26,300 nt of DNA, from the IMG/VR virus record IMGVR_UViG_2693429677_000024. The stretch is one strand, 5' to 3'. The notes beneath the pieces were generated by a model. The model worked only from the letters and a program-made list of their open reading frames with translations. It did no database searches and was not told the origin of the DNA. Source of the DNA: a virus. Its lineage: Duplodnaviria; Heunggongvirae; Uroviricota; Caudoviricetes. Shown here in pieces: positions 1 to 11,602 of the stretch (its first letter is position 1; the number at the start of each line of letters is the position of its first letter). A program made the translations under genes and the position numbers.

Positions 1-189
1 GTGTTCACCGCCGGCAGTGCCACGGTTACTCCGAAACTGAATGGAGTGGCTGGCCCGGCATTCCAGGTTATAAAAGACAGTCTGACACTGGGACTGAATG
101 CGCTGACGCTGACGGATGTTACAAAAAATGCAGCGTATGGCGTTGAGATAGAAAGTCTGATGCTGGAGATAAATGCACCGGCAGCATAA
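1..189 (+). CDS. C-terminal 62 codons of an unidentified protein whose 5' end lies outside the window
   Basis: Open frame runs from base 1 to TAA at 187-189; the track's initial M is GTG at the window edge, so this is probably not the true start. Acidic, Cys-free tail that does not resemble a Q antiterminator. Position (just upstream of the lysis genes) fits the cargo genes often found between Q and S in lambdoid prophages, but I cannot identify it. Confidence 0.35.
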   Translation: MFTAGSATVTPKLNGVAGPAFQVIKDSLTLGLNALTLTDVTKNAAYGVEIESLMLEINAPAA

Positions 190-197
190 TAAAAAAA

Positions 198-230
198 GCC
201 AGCGACTGACCTGAAAAAGAAGACGCTGGC
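198..230. other. Stem-loop, copy 1 of a tandemly duplicated module (GCCAGCG ... CGCTGGC, preceded by a 7-A run)
   Basis: Inverted repeat GCCAGCG (198-204) / CGCTGGC (224-230) with a 19-nt loop; A7 at 191-197. Read on the - strand this is a hairpin followed by a U-run, i.e. terminator-like. Confidence 0.4.
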
Positions 231-346
231 TAAAAGGCCTTATATGTTTGTAGAGACTTATTTTTCACAGACAGCAATGATGCCTGTCAATATATTATCA
301 ATATGCGGATTGTTTCAGTTACAGATGCCTTATTAAGGAAAAAAAC

Positions 347-381
347 AGCCAGCACTGACTTTCGGTGGAGAGGTGCTGGCT
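347..381. other. Stem-loop, copy 2 of the duplicated module (AGCCAGCAC ... GTGCTGGCT, preceded by an A-run)
   Basis: 9-bp inverted repeat 347-355 / 373-381, A7 at 339-345. The flanking sequence (TTTTCnGACAGACAG ... GATG ... TGTCAA ... ATATT) is repeated after both hairpins, about 155 bp apart. Confidence 0.4.
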
Positions 382-556
382 CAAAAGGATAGATGTACTT
401 CACATGTTGCTTCTATATGGCAGTACATTTTCTGACAGACAGTGACGGATGTTGTCAAGATATTGTGTCATTTATAACCTGAATCAGGGGAGGCCGGAAT
501 GTTATCTGGCATTTTTAGCAGAGCCTGAATGCCATAATCACGGCTCCCGGCGTTGG

Positions 557-586
557 CCGTCAGTGGGTGACACTGGCGGCTTTTTT
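557..586 (+). terminator. Intrinsic terminator about 50 bp upstream of the holin start (tR'-like position in a late-operon leader)
   Basis: 9-bp stem CCGTCAGTG / CACTGGCGG (one G-U pair), 5-nt loop, followed by TTTTTTGTTTTT. Confidence 0.55.
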
Positions 587-636
587 GTTTTTCTTTACTT
601 TCATTTTCTGTCGGCGGTGACGGAGACATACATCAG

Positions 637-843
637 ATGGAAAAAATCACAACAGGTGTGTCATACACCACGTCAGCGGTGGGGACGGGATACTGGCTAC
701 TGCAGTTGCTGGACAAAGTCTCCCCATCCCAGTGGGTGGCAATAGGCGTATTGGGTAGCCTGGTGTTTGGCTTGCTGACGTATCTGACAAACCTTTATTT
801 CAAGATTAAAGAAGATAAGCGTAAGGCTGCGAGAGGTGAATAA
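637..843 (+). CDS. S: Class II holin (pinholin), phage 21 S21-type, 68 aa
   Basis: Protein [68 protein letters not shown] is near-identical in length and motif content to the phage 21 pinholin as I recall it (two TMDs, C-terminal KIxEDxRKAARGE). GGAG at 622-625; stop TAA overlaps the R start (TAATG). Confidence 0.85.
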   Translation: MEKITTGVSYTTSAVGTGYWLLQLLDKVSPSQWVAIGVLGSLVFGLLTYLTNLYFKIKEDKRKAARGE

Positions 844-1340
844 TGTCGCCATCATTACGCAAGGCTGTTGCTGCTGCTATTGGTGGTGGGGCTGTTGCCA
901 TAGCGTCTGTGCTCATCACTGGTCCAGGTGGTAACGATGGTCTGGAAGGTGTCAGCTACATACCATACGAAGATATCGTTGGCGTATGGACTGTATGTCA
1001 CGGACACACCGGAAAAGACATCATTCCCGGTAAAACGTATACCGAAGCAGAATGCAAAGCCCTCCTGAATAAAGACCTTGCCATGGTCGCCAGACAAATT
1101 AACCCGTACATCAAAGTCGATATACCGGAAACAACGCGCGGCGCTCTTTACTCGTTCGTTTACAACGTGGGCGCTGGTAATTTCAGAACATCGACGCTTC
1201 TTCGCAAAATAAACCAGGGCGATATTAAAGGTGCATGTGATCAGTTACGGCGCTGGACATACGCTGGCGGTAAGCAATGGAAAGGCCTGATGACTCGTCG
1301 TGAGATTGAGCGTGAAGTCTGTTTGTGGGGGCAGCAATGA
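843..1340 (+). CDS. R: SAR (signal-anchor-release) endolysin, T4-lysozyme-like muramidase, R21-type
   Basis: N-terminal Gly/Ala-rich weakly hydrophobic SAR segment ([26 protein letters not shown]) followed by a lysozyme catalytic region ([23 protein letters not shown]). Matches the phage 21 R endolysin as I recall it. Stop TGA overlaps the Rz ATG (ATGA). Confidence 0.9.
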   Translation: MSPSLRKAVAAAIGGGAVAIASVLITGPGGNDGLEGVSYIPYEDIVGVWTVCHGHTGKDIIPGKTYTEAECKALLNKDLAMVARQINPYIKVDIPETTRGALYSFVYNVGAGNFRTSTLLRKINQGDIKGACDQLRRWTYAGGKQWKGLMTRREIEREVCLWGQQ

Positions 1341-1774
1341 GCAGGGTAACCGCAATCATCTCCGCTCTGGTTATCTGCATCATCGTCTGTCTGTCATGGG
1401 CTGTTAATCATTACCGTGATAACGCCATCGCTTACAAAGAACAGCGCGATAAAGCCACATCCATCATCGCTGATATGCAGAAGCGTCAACGTGATGTAGC
1501 AGAACTCGACGCCAGATATACAAAGGAGCTTGCTGATGCTAACGCGACTATCGAAAGTCTCCGTGCTGATGTTTCTGCTGGTCGTAAGCGCCTGCAAGTC
1601 GCCGCCACCTGTGCAAAGTCAACGACCGGAGCCAGCGGCATGGGCGATGGAGAAAGCCCAGGACTTACAGCAGATGCTGAACTCAATTATTACCGTCTCC
1701 GAAGTGGAATCGACAGGATAACCGCGCAGGTTAACTACCTGCAGGAATACATCAGGACGCAATGCCTGAAATAA
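1337..1774 (+). CDS. Rz: Inner-membrane spanin component (i-spanin) Rz
   Basis: N-terminus [31 protein letters not shown] matches lambda Rz, followed by a coiled-coil-like periplasmic domain. Start placed at ATG 1337 (the track's upstream GTG is less likely). Confidence 0.85.
   Translation: MSRVTAIISALVICIIVCLSWAVNHYRDNAIAYKEQRDKATSIIADMQKRQRDVAELDARYTKELADANATIESLRADVSAGRKRLQVAATCAKSTTGASGMGDGESPGLTADAELNYYRLRSGIDRITAQVNYLQEYIRTQCLK
1536..1721 (+). CDS. Rz1: Outer-membrane lipoprotein spanin component (o-spanin) Rz1, embedded in the +1 frame of Rz
   Basis: AAGGAG at 1523-1528, 7 nt before ATG 1536. Signal peptide with lipobox VSAC, then a proline-rich mature part ([13 protein letters not shown]). 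Lies entirely inside Rz in another frame, the classic arrangement. Confidence 0.75.
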   Translation: MLTRLSKVSVLMFLLVVSACKSPPPVQSQRPEPAAWAMEKAQDLQQMLNSIITVSEVESTG

Positions 1775-1806
1775 TTTTTTTGCAAATCACAAAGTCAATT
1801 TAATGA

Positions 1807-1831
1807 GCCTCGCGATGCGGGGCTTTTTTTT
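1807..1831 (+). terminator. Intrinsic terminator downstream of Rz
   Basis: Stem GCCTCGC / GCGGGGC (one G-U pair), 3-nt loop, then T8. Confidence 0.55.
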
Positions 1832-1976
1832 ACATCTGAATTTCACAGCGTATCGCAGCGCGTAACAATCCCGAGTCTTTCAGAAAGCTGAGCCTGAGAA
1901 CTGCCGTATAGGTGAGGACCTCTCGGGGACGGCTTTTCTGTGCGAACAGGCTCAACTTTCTAAAGGAAATACCGAC

Positions 1977-2417
1977 ATGAACAAATCATTAACCGTTCTT
2001 CCTTCTGGCGAATACCCGACCATGAGCAGTCTTGAGATGGTGGATTACATTAATGCTGATCGGAAATCCAAAGCGGAGGCGGAGGGGCTTTCGTTCCCCT
2101 GTAAGAAATATCGCAAACTCGAACACCGCAGTTTCATGAAGAAAGTACCCAAGGTCCTCGGGGATGCAGCTGCAAAATTTTTTGCAACTGATACCTATAT
2201 CAACGGAACAGGTGGTGTTGTGGAGAGGGATATTTGCAATTTTCCCAAGCGTGAAGCTTGCCTCATGGCAATGAGCTACAGCTATGAGCTTCAGGCGCAG
2301 GTGTATGACCACATGACTGAGCTTGAGGGTGGGAAGGAGATTAACCTTCTCGATTTCTCTGGCCTGACCGATATGGCAATCAGCGAAATGCAAAACCGTG
2401 TCGCGGCTGCTGAGTAG
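1977..2417 (+). CDS. Rha-family phage regulatory protein (N-terminal domain ORF, 146 aa) ending at an in-frame amber codon
   Basis: AAGGA at 1963-1967 precedes ATG 1977. The pattern SSLEMVDYIN ... KLEHRSFMKKV ... FATDTYINGTGG ... ACLMAMSYSYELQAQVYDHMTELE fits the conserved Rha-family layout as I remember it. Family assignment is from recall, not a search. Confidence 0.5.
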   Translation: MNKSLTVLPSGEYPTMSSLEMVDYINADRKSKAEAEGLSFPCKKYRKLEHRSFMKKVPKVLGDAAAKFFATDTYINGTGGVVERDICNFPKREACLMAMSYSYELQAQVYDHMTELEGGKEINLLDFSGLTDMAISEMQNRVAAAE

Positions 2418-2456
2418 TTCTCATTTGAAATGCACGGTCAAGCAGGTAGCGCTCTC

Positions 2457-2573
2457 ATGACTCGTCGGAAGAAAGAGAAGAAGGCCATTAAAAAGGCTGA
2501 GCAGCTTGTGAAGGATCTTATTCAGTTCAAGCTATGTGACATGGGGGACTTCCCTGATGGTAAACCAGCATGA
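2457..2573 (+). CDS. Small basic ORF (38 aa; 47 aa if started at ATG 2430), in the same frame as the Rha ORF
   Basis: MTRRKKEKKAIKKAEQLVKDLIQFKLCDMGDFPDGKPA. Its stop overlaps the next ORF's start (ATGA). Separated from the Rha ORF by a single TAG and 13 sense codons. Below the track's size cut-off. Confidence 0.25.
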   Translation: MTRRKKEKKAIKKAEQLVKDLIQFKLCDMGDFPDGKPA

Positions 2574-2773
2574 CTCCGATTGATTTCATACATAAAAATG
2601 TAACAACCGAGTTAATAAAGCTTGGATACGACCAAAACGCGGCTATGACTGGCGCTGACATGGCGGTGGAACATTACCGCCGTTGTTCACAAGCCAGCAG
2701 AAAAGGCCGAATTTTCGATGACTGCCTGTACATTGCAAAACAGTGGGCAGGTAAACAGAAAGGGAAAAAATGA
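2570..2773 (+). CDS. Hypothetical small phage protein, 67 aa
   Basis: ATG-initiated ORF coupled to the upstream small ORF by an ATGA overlap. No motif I recognise. Confidence 0.4.
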   Translation: MTPIDFIHKNVTTELIKLGYDQNAAMTGADMAVEHYRRCSQASRKGRIFDDCLYIAKQWAGKQKGKK

Positions 2774-3039
2774 CAGTCTGAGAGCCACTTTCACAACGGC
2801 TCTCCATTACAAAGCCCATCTACTGGTGGGCTTGATAATGGCTTATACCCTACACGGGATAACTTAACTGATATCCCTTTTAACGGATAAAGGTATTCAG
2901 GCCTGACACATCATGCGCTGTATCGTCGCTGTATTTCCGCATTAACCATGACCGTAGCCCGACGGGGAACTCCTCTGCGCGAGCATGCAGGATGTTGATT
3001 CATTGCTGTGCGACCGTGGTCGCACGACGCTGGTCTGTA

Positions 3040-3300
3040 AGATATTGAATTTATTGAGAATGAACCAGAGCGCCTGCGGGTCCTTTCCGGCGATCCGGCA
3101 GGCTACGGGGCGGCGACCTCGCGGGTTTTCGCTATTTATGAGTTTTTTTGAGGTGGTGGTTGTTGTTTTATCGTTTGATATATCTACTTGATAAGTAATA
3201 AGAAAGAAAAACAAACACAACAACCTGATGAGCTTTCTTATACGAAAAAGCATGTAAAATCAGAGGGTTTTACAAAAAGCGGGGTTGTTGTATTGCTTTT
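3040..3300. other. cos: cos packaging site: cosQ-like sequence, cosN (12-nt cohesive end GGGCGGCGACCT at 3108-3119), cosB
   Basis: 3081-3140 reads GGGTCCTTTCCGGCGATCCGGCAGGCTACG|GGGCGGCGACCTCGCGGGTTTTCGCTATTTATGA, which matches the lambda right-end/left-end junction as I recall it. The sequence from about 3141 to the terminase gene differs from lambda. Confidence 0.85.
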
Positions 3301-3324
3301 TTGCCGGTGGTTTATGGAGGAGCT

Positions 3325-3802
3325 GTGGCCTTTTTATTGAATAAAAGCGACATGGCCTCCTCCATCGGTATCTCAGTACAGGCATTTGATAAATGGGGTG
3401 TCCCTCCTGTTGAGCGCCGGGGGAGAGAGGTTTTCTATGACGTTAAAACTGTACTGGAGATAGATCGCGAGCGACGTCAGCAAAACCAGAAATCTTCAGA
3501 TGGTGAAAATAACCTTGAGGAAAGGCTACTTCAGGCCAGGGTTAATCTGACGGAAGAACAGGCTATTGCTCAGCGGTTAAAAAACCAGGTTGCAGAGCAT
3601 AAAGTGATTGATACCGCTTTCTCTGTTTTTGCACTGTCCCGGTTATCCGGAGAACTGGCATCTGTTCTGGACAGTATTCCGCTTTCGATGCAAAGAAAAT
3701 TCCCTGAGTTGACAGGCAGACAATTGGCTTATCTGAAAGAGCTTGTTGCGAAGGGAGCTAATAAATGCGTTGAATCTGCTGAAAAAATGAAGGAATTTGC
3801 GG

Positions 3803-3831
<29 letters not shown>
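3325..3831 (+). CDS. nu1: Terminase small subunit (Nu1-like)
   Basis: Homologous to lambda Nu1 over the central and C-terminal region (DTAFSVFALSRLSGELASVLDSIPLSMQRKFPEL). N-terminal DNA-binding region and extreme C-terminus differ from lambda. Start is ambiguous: GTG 3325 after GGAGGA at 3316-3321 is my choice; TTG 3301 and ATG 3352 are alternatives. Confidence 0.85.
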
Positions 3832-7509
<3,678 letters not shown>

Positions 7510-7529
<20 letters not shown>

Positions 7530-8829
7530 TCTCCCGCATATTGCCAGTATGGCCTTTAATGAGCCGCTGATGCTTGAACCCGCCTATGCGCGGGTTTTCT
7601 TTTGTGCGCTTGCAGGCCAGCTTGGGATCAGCCGCCTGACTGATGCGGTATCCGGCGACAGCCTGACTGCCGGAGAGGCACCCGCGACGCTGGTGTTATC
7701 CGGTAATGATGACGGACCACGACAGGCCCGCAGTTATCAGGTCATGAACGGCATCGCCGTGCTGCCGGTTTCCGGCACGCTGGTCAGCCGGACGCGGGCG
7801 CTGCAGCCGTATTCGGGGATGACCGGTTACAACGGCATTATCTCCCGTCTGCAACAGGCTGCCAGCGACCCGATGGTGGACGGCATTCTGCTGGATATGG
7901 ACACGCCGGGCGGAATGGTGGCGGGGGCATTTGACTGCGCTGACATCATCGCCCGTGTGCGTGACATAAAGCCGGTATGGGCGCTGGCCAATGACATGAA
8001 CTGCAGTGCAGGTCAGTTGCTTGCCAGTGCCGCCTCCCGGCGTCTGGTCACGCAGACCGCCCGGACAGGCTCCATCGGCGTCATGATGGCTCACAGTAAT
8101 TACGGCGCTGCGCTGGAGAAACAGGGTGTGGAAATCACGCTGATTTACAGCGGCAGCCATAAGGTGGATGGCAACCCCTACAGCCATCTTCCGGATGATG
8201 TCCGGGAAACACTGCAGTCCCGGATGGATGCAACCCGCCGGATGTTTGCGCAGAAGGTGTCGGCATATACCGGCCTGTCCGTGCAGGCCGTGCTGGATAC
8301 CGAGGCTGCAGTATACAGCGGTCAGGAGGCCATTGATGCCGGACTGGCTGATGAACTTGTTAACAGCACCGATGCGATCACCGTCATGCGTGATGCACTG
8401 GATGCACGTAAATCCCGTCTCTCAGGAGGGCGAATGACCAAAGAGACTCAATCAACAACTGTTTCTGCCACTGCTTCGCAGGCTGACGTTACTGACGTGG
8501 TTCCAGCGACGGAGGGCGAAAACGCCAGCGCGGCGCAGCCGGACGTGAACGCGCAGATCACCGCAGCGGTTGCGGCAGAAAACAGCCGCATTATGGGGAT
8601 CCTCAACTGTGAGGAGGCCCACGGACGTGAAGAACAGGCACGCGTGCTGGCAGAAACCCCCGGAATGACCGTGGAAACGGCCCGCCGCATTCTGGCCGCA
8701 GCACCACAGAGTGCACAGGCGCGCAGTGACACTGCGCTGGATCGTCTGATGCAGGGGGCACCGGCACCGCTGGCTGCAGGTAACCCGGCATCCGATGCCG
8801 TTAACGATTTGCTGAACACACCAGTGTAA
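7510..8829 (+). CDS. C: Head maturation protease / scaffold gpC
   Basis: GTG 7510 follows a GAGGAG-rich SD and gives VTAELRNLPHIASMAFNEPLMLEP..., matching the lambda C N-terminus. Overlaps the end of B by 20 nt. Confidence 0.9.
8224..8829 (+). CDS. nu3: Scaffolding protein Nu3, from an in-frame internal start inside C
   Basis: ATG at 8224 (MDATRRMFAQ...) is in the C frame, 201 codons before the shared stop. This is the same offset as lambda Nu3 within C. Confidence 0.6.
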   Translation: MDATRRMFAQKVSAYTGLSVQAVLDTEAAVYSGQEAIDAGLADELVNSTDAITVMRDALDARKSRLSGGRMTKETQSTTVSATASQADVTDVVPATEGENASAAQPDVNAQITAAVAAENSRIMGILNCEEAHGREEQARVLAETPGMTVETARRILAAAPQSAQARSDTALDRLMQGAPAPLAAGNPASDAVNDLLNTPV

Positions 8830-8838
8830 GGGATGTTT

Positions 8839-9171
8839 ATGACGAGCAAAGAAACCTTTACCCATTACCAGCCGCTGGGCAACAGTGACCCGGCTCATAC
8901 CGCAACCGCGCCCGGCGGATTGAGTGCGAAAACGCCTGCAATGACCCCGCTGATGCCGGATACCTCCACCCGTAAGCTGGTTGCGTGGGATGGCACCACT
9001 GACGGTGCTGCTGTTGGCATTCTGGCGGTTGCTGCTGACCAGACCAGCACCACGCTGACGTTCTACAAGTCCGGCACGTTCCGTTATGAGGATGTGCTCT
9101 GGCCGGATGCTGCCAGCGACGAGACGAAAAAACGGACCGCGTTTGCCGGAACGGCAATCAGCATCGTTTAA
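8839..9171 (+). CDS. D: Head decoration protein gpD
   Basis: [27 protein letters not shown]... matches lambda D; start at the second ATG (8839). Confidence 0.95.
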   Translation: MTSKETFTHYQPLGNSDPAHTATAPGGLSAKTPAMTPLMPDTSTRKLVAWDGTTDGAAVGILAVAADQTSTTLTFYKSGTFRYEDVLWPDAASDETKKRTAFAGTAISIV

Positions 9172-9226
9172 CCTGACCCTTCATCACTAAAGGCCGCCTT
9201 TGCGGCTTTTTTTACGGGATTTTTTT

Positions 9227-10252
9227 ATGTCGATGTACACAACCGCCCAGCTGCTGGCGGCAAATGAGCAGAAATTTAAGTTTGATCCGCTGTTTCTGCG
9301 TCTCTTTTTCCGTGAGAGCTATCCCTTCACCACGGAGAAAGTCTATCTCTCACAAATTCCGGGGCTGGTAAACATGGCGCTGTACGTTTCGCCGATTGTT
9401 TCCGGTGAGGTTATCCGCTCCCGTGGCGGCTCCACCTCTGAATTTACGCCGGGATATGTCAAGCCGAAGCATGAGGTGAATCCGCAGATGACTCTGCGTC
9501 GCCTGCCGGATGAAGATCCACAGAATCTGGCGGACCCGGCTTACCGCCGCCGTCGCATCATCCTGCAGAACATGCGAGACGAAGAGCTGGCCATTGCTCA
9601 GGTCGAAGAGATGCAGGCCGTTTCTGCCGTGCTCAGGGGCAAATACACCATGACCGGTGAAGCCTTCGATCCGGTTGAGGTGGATATGGGCCGCAGTGCG
9701 GCGAACAACATCACACAGTCCGGCGGCACGGAGTGGAGCAAGCGTGACAAGTCCACGTATGACCCGACCGACGATATTGAAGCCTACGCGCTGAATGCCA
9801 GCGGTGTGGTGAATATCATCGTGTTTGATCCGAAAGGCTGGGCGCTGTTCCGTTCCTTCAAAGCTGTCAGGGAGAAGCTGGATACCCGTCGCGGCTCTAA
9901 TTCCGAGCTGGAGACAGCGGTAAAAGACCTGGGTAAAGCGGTGTCCTATAAGGGGATGTATGGCGATGTGGCCATCGTCGTGTATTCCGGACAGTACGTG
10001 GAAAACGGCGTCAAAAAGAACTTCCTGCCGGACAACACGATGGTACTGGGGAACACTCAGGCACGCGGTCTGCGCACCTATGGCTGCATTCAGGATGCGG
10101 ACGCACAGCGCGAAGGCATTAACGCCTCTGCCCGCTACCCGAAAAACTGGGTGACCACCGGCGATCCGGCGCGTGAGTTCACCATGATTCAGTCAGCACC
10201 GCTGATGCTGCTGGCTGACCCTGATGAGTTCGTGTCCGTACAACTGGCGTAA
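9227..10252 (+). CDS. E: Major capsid protein gpE
   Basis: MSMYTTAQLLAANEQKFKFDPLFLRLFFRESYPF... matches lambda E (341 aa). Confidence 0.95.
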   Translation: MSMYTTAQLLAANEQKFKFDPLFLRLFFRESYPFTTEKVYLSQIPGLVNMALYVSPIVSGEVIRSRGGSTSEFTPGYVKPKHEVNPQMTLRRLPDEDPQNLADPAYRRRRIILQNMRDEELAIAQVEEMQAVSAVLRGKYTMTGEAFDPVEVDMGRSAANNITQSGGTEWSKRDKSTYDPTDDIEAYALNASGVVNIIVFDPKGWALFRSFKAVREKLDTRRGSNSELETAVKDLGKAVSYKGMYGDVAIVVYSGQYVENGVKKNFLPDNTMVLGNTQARGLRTYGCIQDADAQREGINASARYPKNWVTTGDPAREFTMIQSAPLMLLADPDEFVSVQLA

Positions 10253-10293
10253 TCATGGCCCTTCGGGGCCATTGTTTCTCTGTGGAGGAGTCC

Positions 10294-10692
10294 ATGACGA
10301 AAGATGAACTGATTGCCCGTCTCCGCTCCCTGGGTGAACAACTGAACCGTGATGTCAGCCTGACGGGGACGAAAGAAGAACTGGCGCTCCGTGTGGCAGA
10401 GCTGGAAGAGGAGCTTGATGACACGGATGACGCTGCGGGTCAGGATACCCCTCCCGGCCCGGAAAATGTGCTGACCGGGCATGAAAATGAGGTGGTATCA
10501 GCGCAGCCGGACACCGTGATTCAGGATACGGCTGAACTGGCCACGGTCGTGGCACTGGTGACGCTGCATACTGATGCACTTCACGCCACGCGGGATGAAC
10601 CTGTGGCATTTGTGCTGCCGGGAACGGCATTTCGTGTCTCTGCCGGTGTGGCAGCCGAAATGACAGAACGTGGCCTGGCCAGAATGCAATAA
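10294..10692 (+). CDS. FI: DNA packaging protein gpFI
   Basis: MTKDELIARLRSLGEQLNRDVSLTGTKEELALRVAEL... matches lambda FI; GGAGGAG SD upstream. Confidence 0.9.
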   Translation: MTKDELIARLRSLGEQLNRDVSLTGTKEELALRVAELEEELDDTDDAAGQDTPPGPENVLTGHENEVVSAQPDTVIQDTAELATVVALVTLHTDALHATRDEPVAFVLPGTAFRVSAGVAAEMTERGLARMQ

Positions 10693-10703
10693 CGGGAGGC
10701 GCT

Positions 10704-11057
10704 GTGGCTGATTTCGATAACCTGTTCGATGCTGCCATTGCCCGCGCCGATGAAACGATACGCGGGTACATGGGAACGTCAGCCACCATGACATCCGGTG
10801 AGCAGTCCGGCGCAGTAATACGTGGTGTTTTTGATGACCCTGAAAATATCAGCTATGCCGGACAGGGCGTACGTGTTGAAGGCTCCTGCCCGTCCCTGTT
10901 TGTCCGGACTGATGATGTGCGGCAGCTGCGGCGCGGCGACACGCTGACCATCGGTGAGGAAAACTTCTGGATAGACCGGATTTCACCGGATGATGGCGGA
11001 AGCTGTCATCTCTGGCTTGGGCGTGGCGTGCCGCCTGCCGTTAACCGTCGTCGCTGA
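10704..11057 (+). CDS. FII: Head-tail connector / head completion protein gpFII
   Basis: (M)ADFDNLFDAAIARADETIRGYMGTSAT... matches lambda FII; GTG start. Confidence 0.9.
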   Translation: MADFDNLFDAAIARADETIRGYMGTSATMTSGEQSGAVIRGVFDDPENISYAGQGVRVEGSCPSLFVRTDDVRQLRRGDTLTIGEENFWIDRISPDDGGSCHLWLGRGVPPAVNRRR

Positions 11058-11068
11058 AAGGAGGAGGT

Positions 11069-11602
11069 ATGGCCATAAAAGGTCTTGAGCAGGCCGTTGA
11101 AAACCTCAGCCGTATCAGCAAAACGGCAGTGCCCGGTGCCTCCGCAATGGCCATTAACCGCGTGGCCACAACGGCAATGAATCAGTCGGCGTCACAGGTT
11201 GCCCGTGAGACAAAGGTGCGGCGAAAACTGGTAAAGGAAAGGGCCAGACTGAAAAAGGCCACGGTCAAAAATCCGCACGTAAAAATCATTGTTAACCGCG
11301 GTGATTTACCTGTCATCAAACTGGGGATACGGATCACCGGAAGTCGTCCCAACAGTACGCTACGGGCCGGTCAGCATCGTTATCAGCGGGCATTTATCCA
11401 GCGATTAAAAAATGGTCGCTGGCATGTCATGCAGCGTGTGGCCGGGAAAAACCGTTACCCCATTGATGTGGTGAAAATCCCGATGGCGGTGCCGCTGACC
11501 ACGGCGTTTAAACAGAATATTGAACAGATACGGCGTGAACGTTTGCCGAAAGAACTGGAATACGCCCTGAAACAACAACTGAGGATTGCGATAAAGCGAT
11601 GA
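11069..11602 (+). CDS. Z: Tail completion protein gpZ
   Basis: MAIKGLEQAVENLSRISKTAVPGA... matches lambda Z at both ends; AGGAGGAGG SD upstream. The central segment looks different from, and shorter than, my recollection of lambda Z. Confidence 0.85.
   Translation: MAIKGLEQAVENLSRISKTAVPGASAMAINRVATTAMNQSASQVARETKVRRKLVKERARLKKATVKNPHVKIIVNRGDLPVIKLGIRITGSRPNSTLRAGQHRYQRAFIQRLKNGRWHVMQRVAGKNRYPIDVVKIPMAVPLTTAFKQNIEQIRRERLPKELEYALKQQLRIAIKR

Noticed and set aside
449-745. 98-aa + strand ORF overlapping the holin start
   Set aside because: Crosses the intrinsic terminator and overlaps the holin in a different frame; the holin frame is strongly supported by homology.
1989-2393. 134-aa - strand ORF antisense to the Rha-like gene
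   Set aside because: No SD or motif; the + strand frame carries the recognisable family pattern and a good SD.
1775-3000. bor gene expected on the - strand downstream of Rz
   Set aside because: No minus-strand ORF with a lipoprotein signal is present here; the locus holds + strand genes instead, so bor appears to be absent rather than missed.
2942-3253. 103-aa ORF on the - strand spanning the cos site
   Set aside because: Runs across cosQ/cosN/cosB, which is conserved non-coding packaging sequence; no SD; poly-Thr low-complexity product.
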